Shown in pieces: positions 63,421 to 64,000 of a stretch of 64,000 nt of DNA. The translations under genes were made by a program, and so were the position numbers. The stretch covers positions 3,163,050 through 3,227,049 of the forward strand of contig MU058781.1 of assembly GCA_013265495.1 (NCBI GenBank). The letters run 5' to 3'. This DNA comes from Vicugna vicugna. Its lineage: Eukaryota. Position 1 is the stretch's first letter, and each line of letters starts with the position of its first letter. The notes under the pieces are model-generated. The model had not been told where the DNA came from. It did not search any database and saw only the letters and a list, made by a program, of their open reading frames with translations.

Positions 63421-63849
63421 TTGTTCCCTGCACTGTTTAAAGCACTACTGAGCCGGATTGTGTAGAAACAGCTAGAGAGCCAGATGTAAAGTCAAAAATG
63501 CCTCTGAGCAACAACACTCAATGTTACATCCTGTGATGTTCCGTGGAGCAGAGTTTCTCGTGCCCTTACTCAAAGCCACCAATTCTTACTCTGCACAAAA
63601 TACTATTAAGTCTGGTTTTCTGTTTTCCCAGCCCACTAAGAATTGGAAGCATTAAAGAGATGGAGACACTCAGAGCATAAAACAAAAGACACACACACTA
63701 GCCTGTTAACAAATAAGTTAACAAACAACTGTGTGATCTTGCATTCTTCAGAAGCCTACCTGCATACCTGCTTGTCATAATGACATCAAGACGTCCGTTG
63801 AAAGAATGAAGTGGCATTCAGGGTACCACAACTATTAAAAATTGAGGCT

Positions 63850-63980
63850 AAGTCCCCACCTTGTGGATTTGTTGTTGGAATTAAATGAAATGTATGTAAA
63901 ATGCTTGACGTAGTGTCTGCTTCATAGAAGTGCTAATAAACATTGGCTGCTACGTAATGGTGGCGATGATGGTGATGATG
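63850..63980 (+). mobile_element. MIR 3' half
   Basis: ttgttgttggaattaaatgaaatgtatgtaaaatgcttg...tagaagtgctaataaacattggctgct. Confidence 0.75.
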
Positions 63981-64000
63981 TACCAGGCAGTTCGACAACA

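Overview
Mammalian (eutherian) non-coding DNA, either intergenic or deep intronic. It contains no recognisable protein-coding gene, RNA gene or CRISPR array. The ORFs in the track are explained by low-complexity tracts, L1 ORF2 remnants or chance. The window is dense in ancient repeats (MIR, L2, L3/CR1, MLT1, LTR16, LTR40/41-like, MER5, MER58, L1M) and has several younger 5'-truncated L1 3' ends with target-site duplications (TSDs). From memory, the youngest L1 and a MER41-like solo LTR resemble camelid/cetartiodactyl families, and I saw no Alu, B1, BovB/Bov-tA, PRE-1 or SINEC, so a camelid source is my inference. All repeat family names come from recalled consensus features, not a database search, and ancient-repeat boundaries are approximate. 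The most notable area is 33.7-35 kb: an extended CTCF-like site with an embedded AP-1 motif, a splice-signal-bounded 107-nt candidate non-coding exon, and a 42-bp inverted repeat whose left arm covers that exon's donor site. An 884-bp near-perfect duplication around a 111-N gap lies next to it and is most likely an assembly artefact. Other items are a GAS motif in the MER41-like LTR, a 45-nt candidate microexon, a degenerate 40-bp minisatellite and a scrambled short duplication beside an L1 junction.
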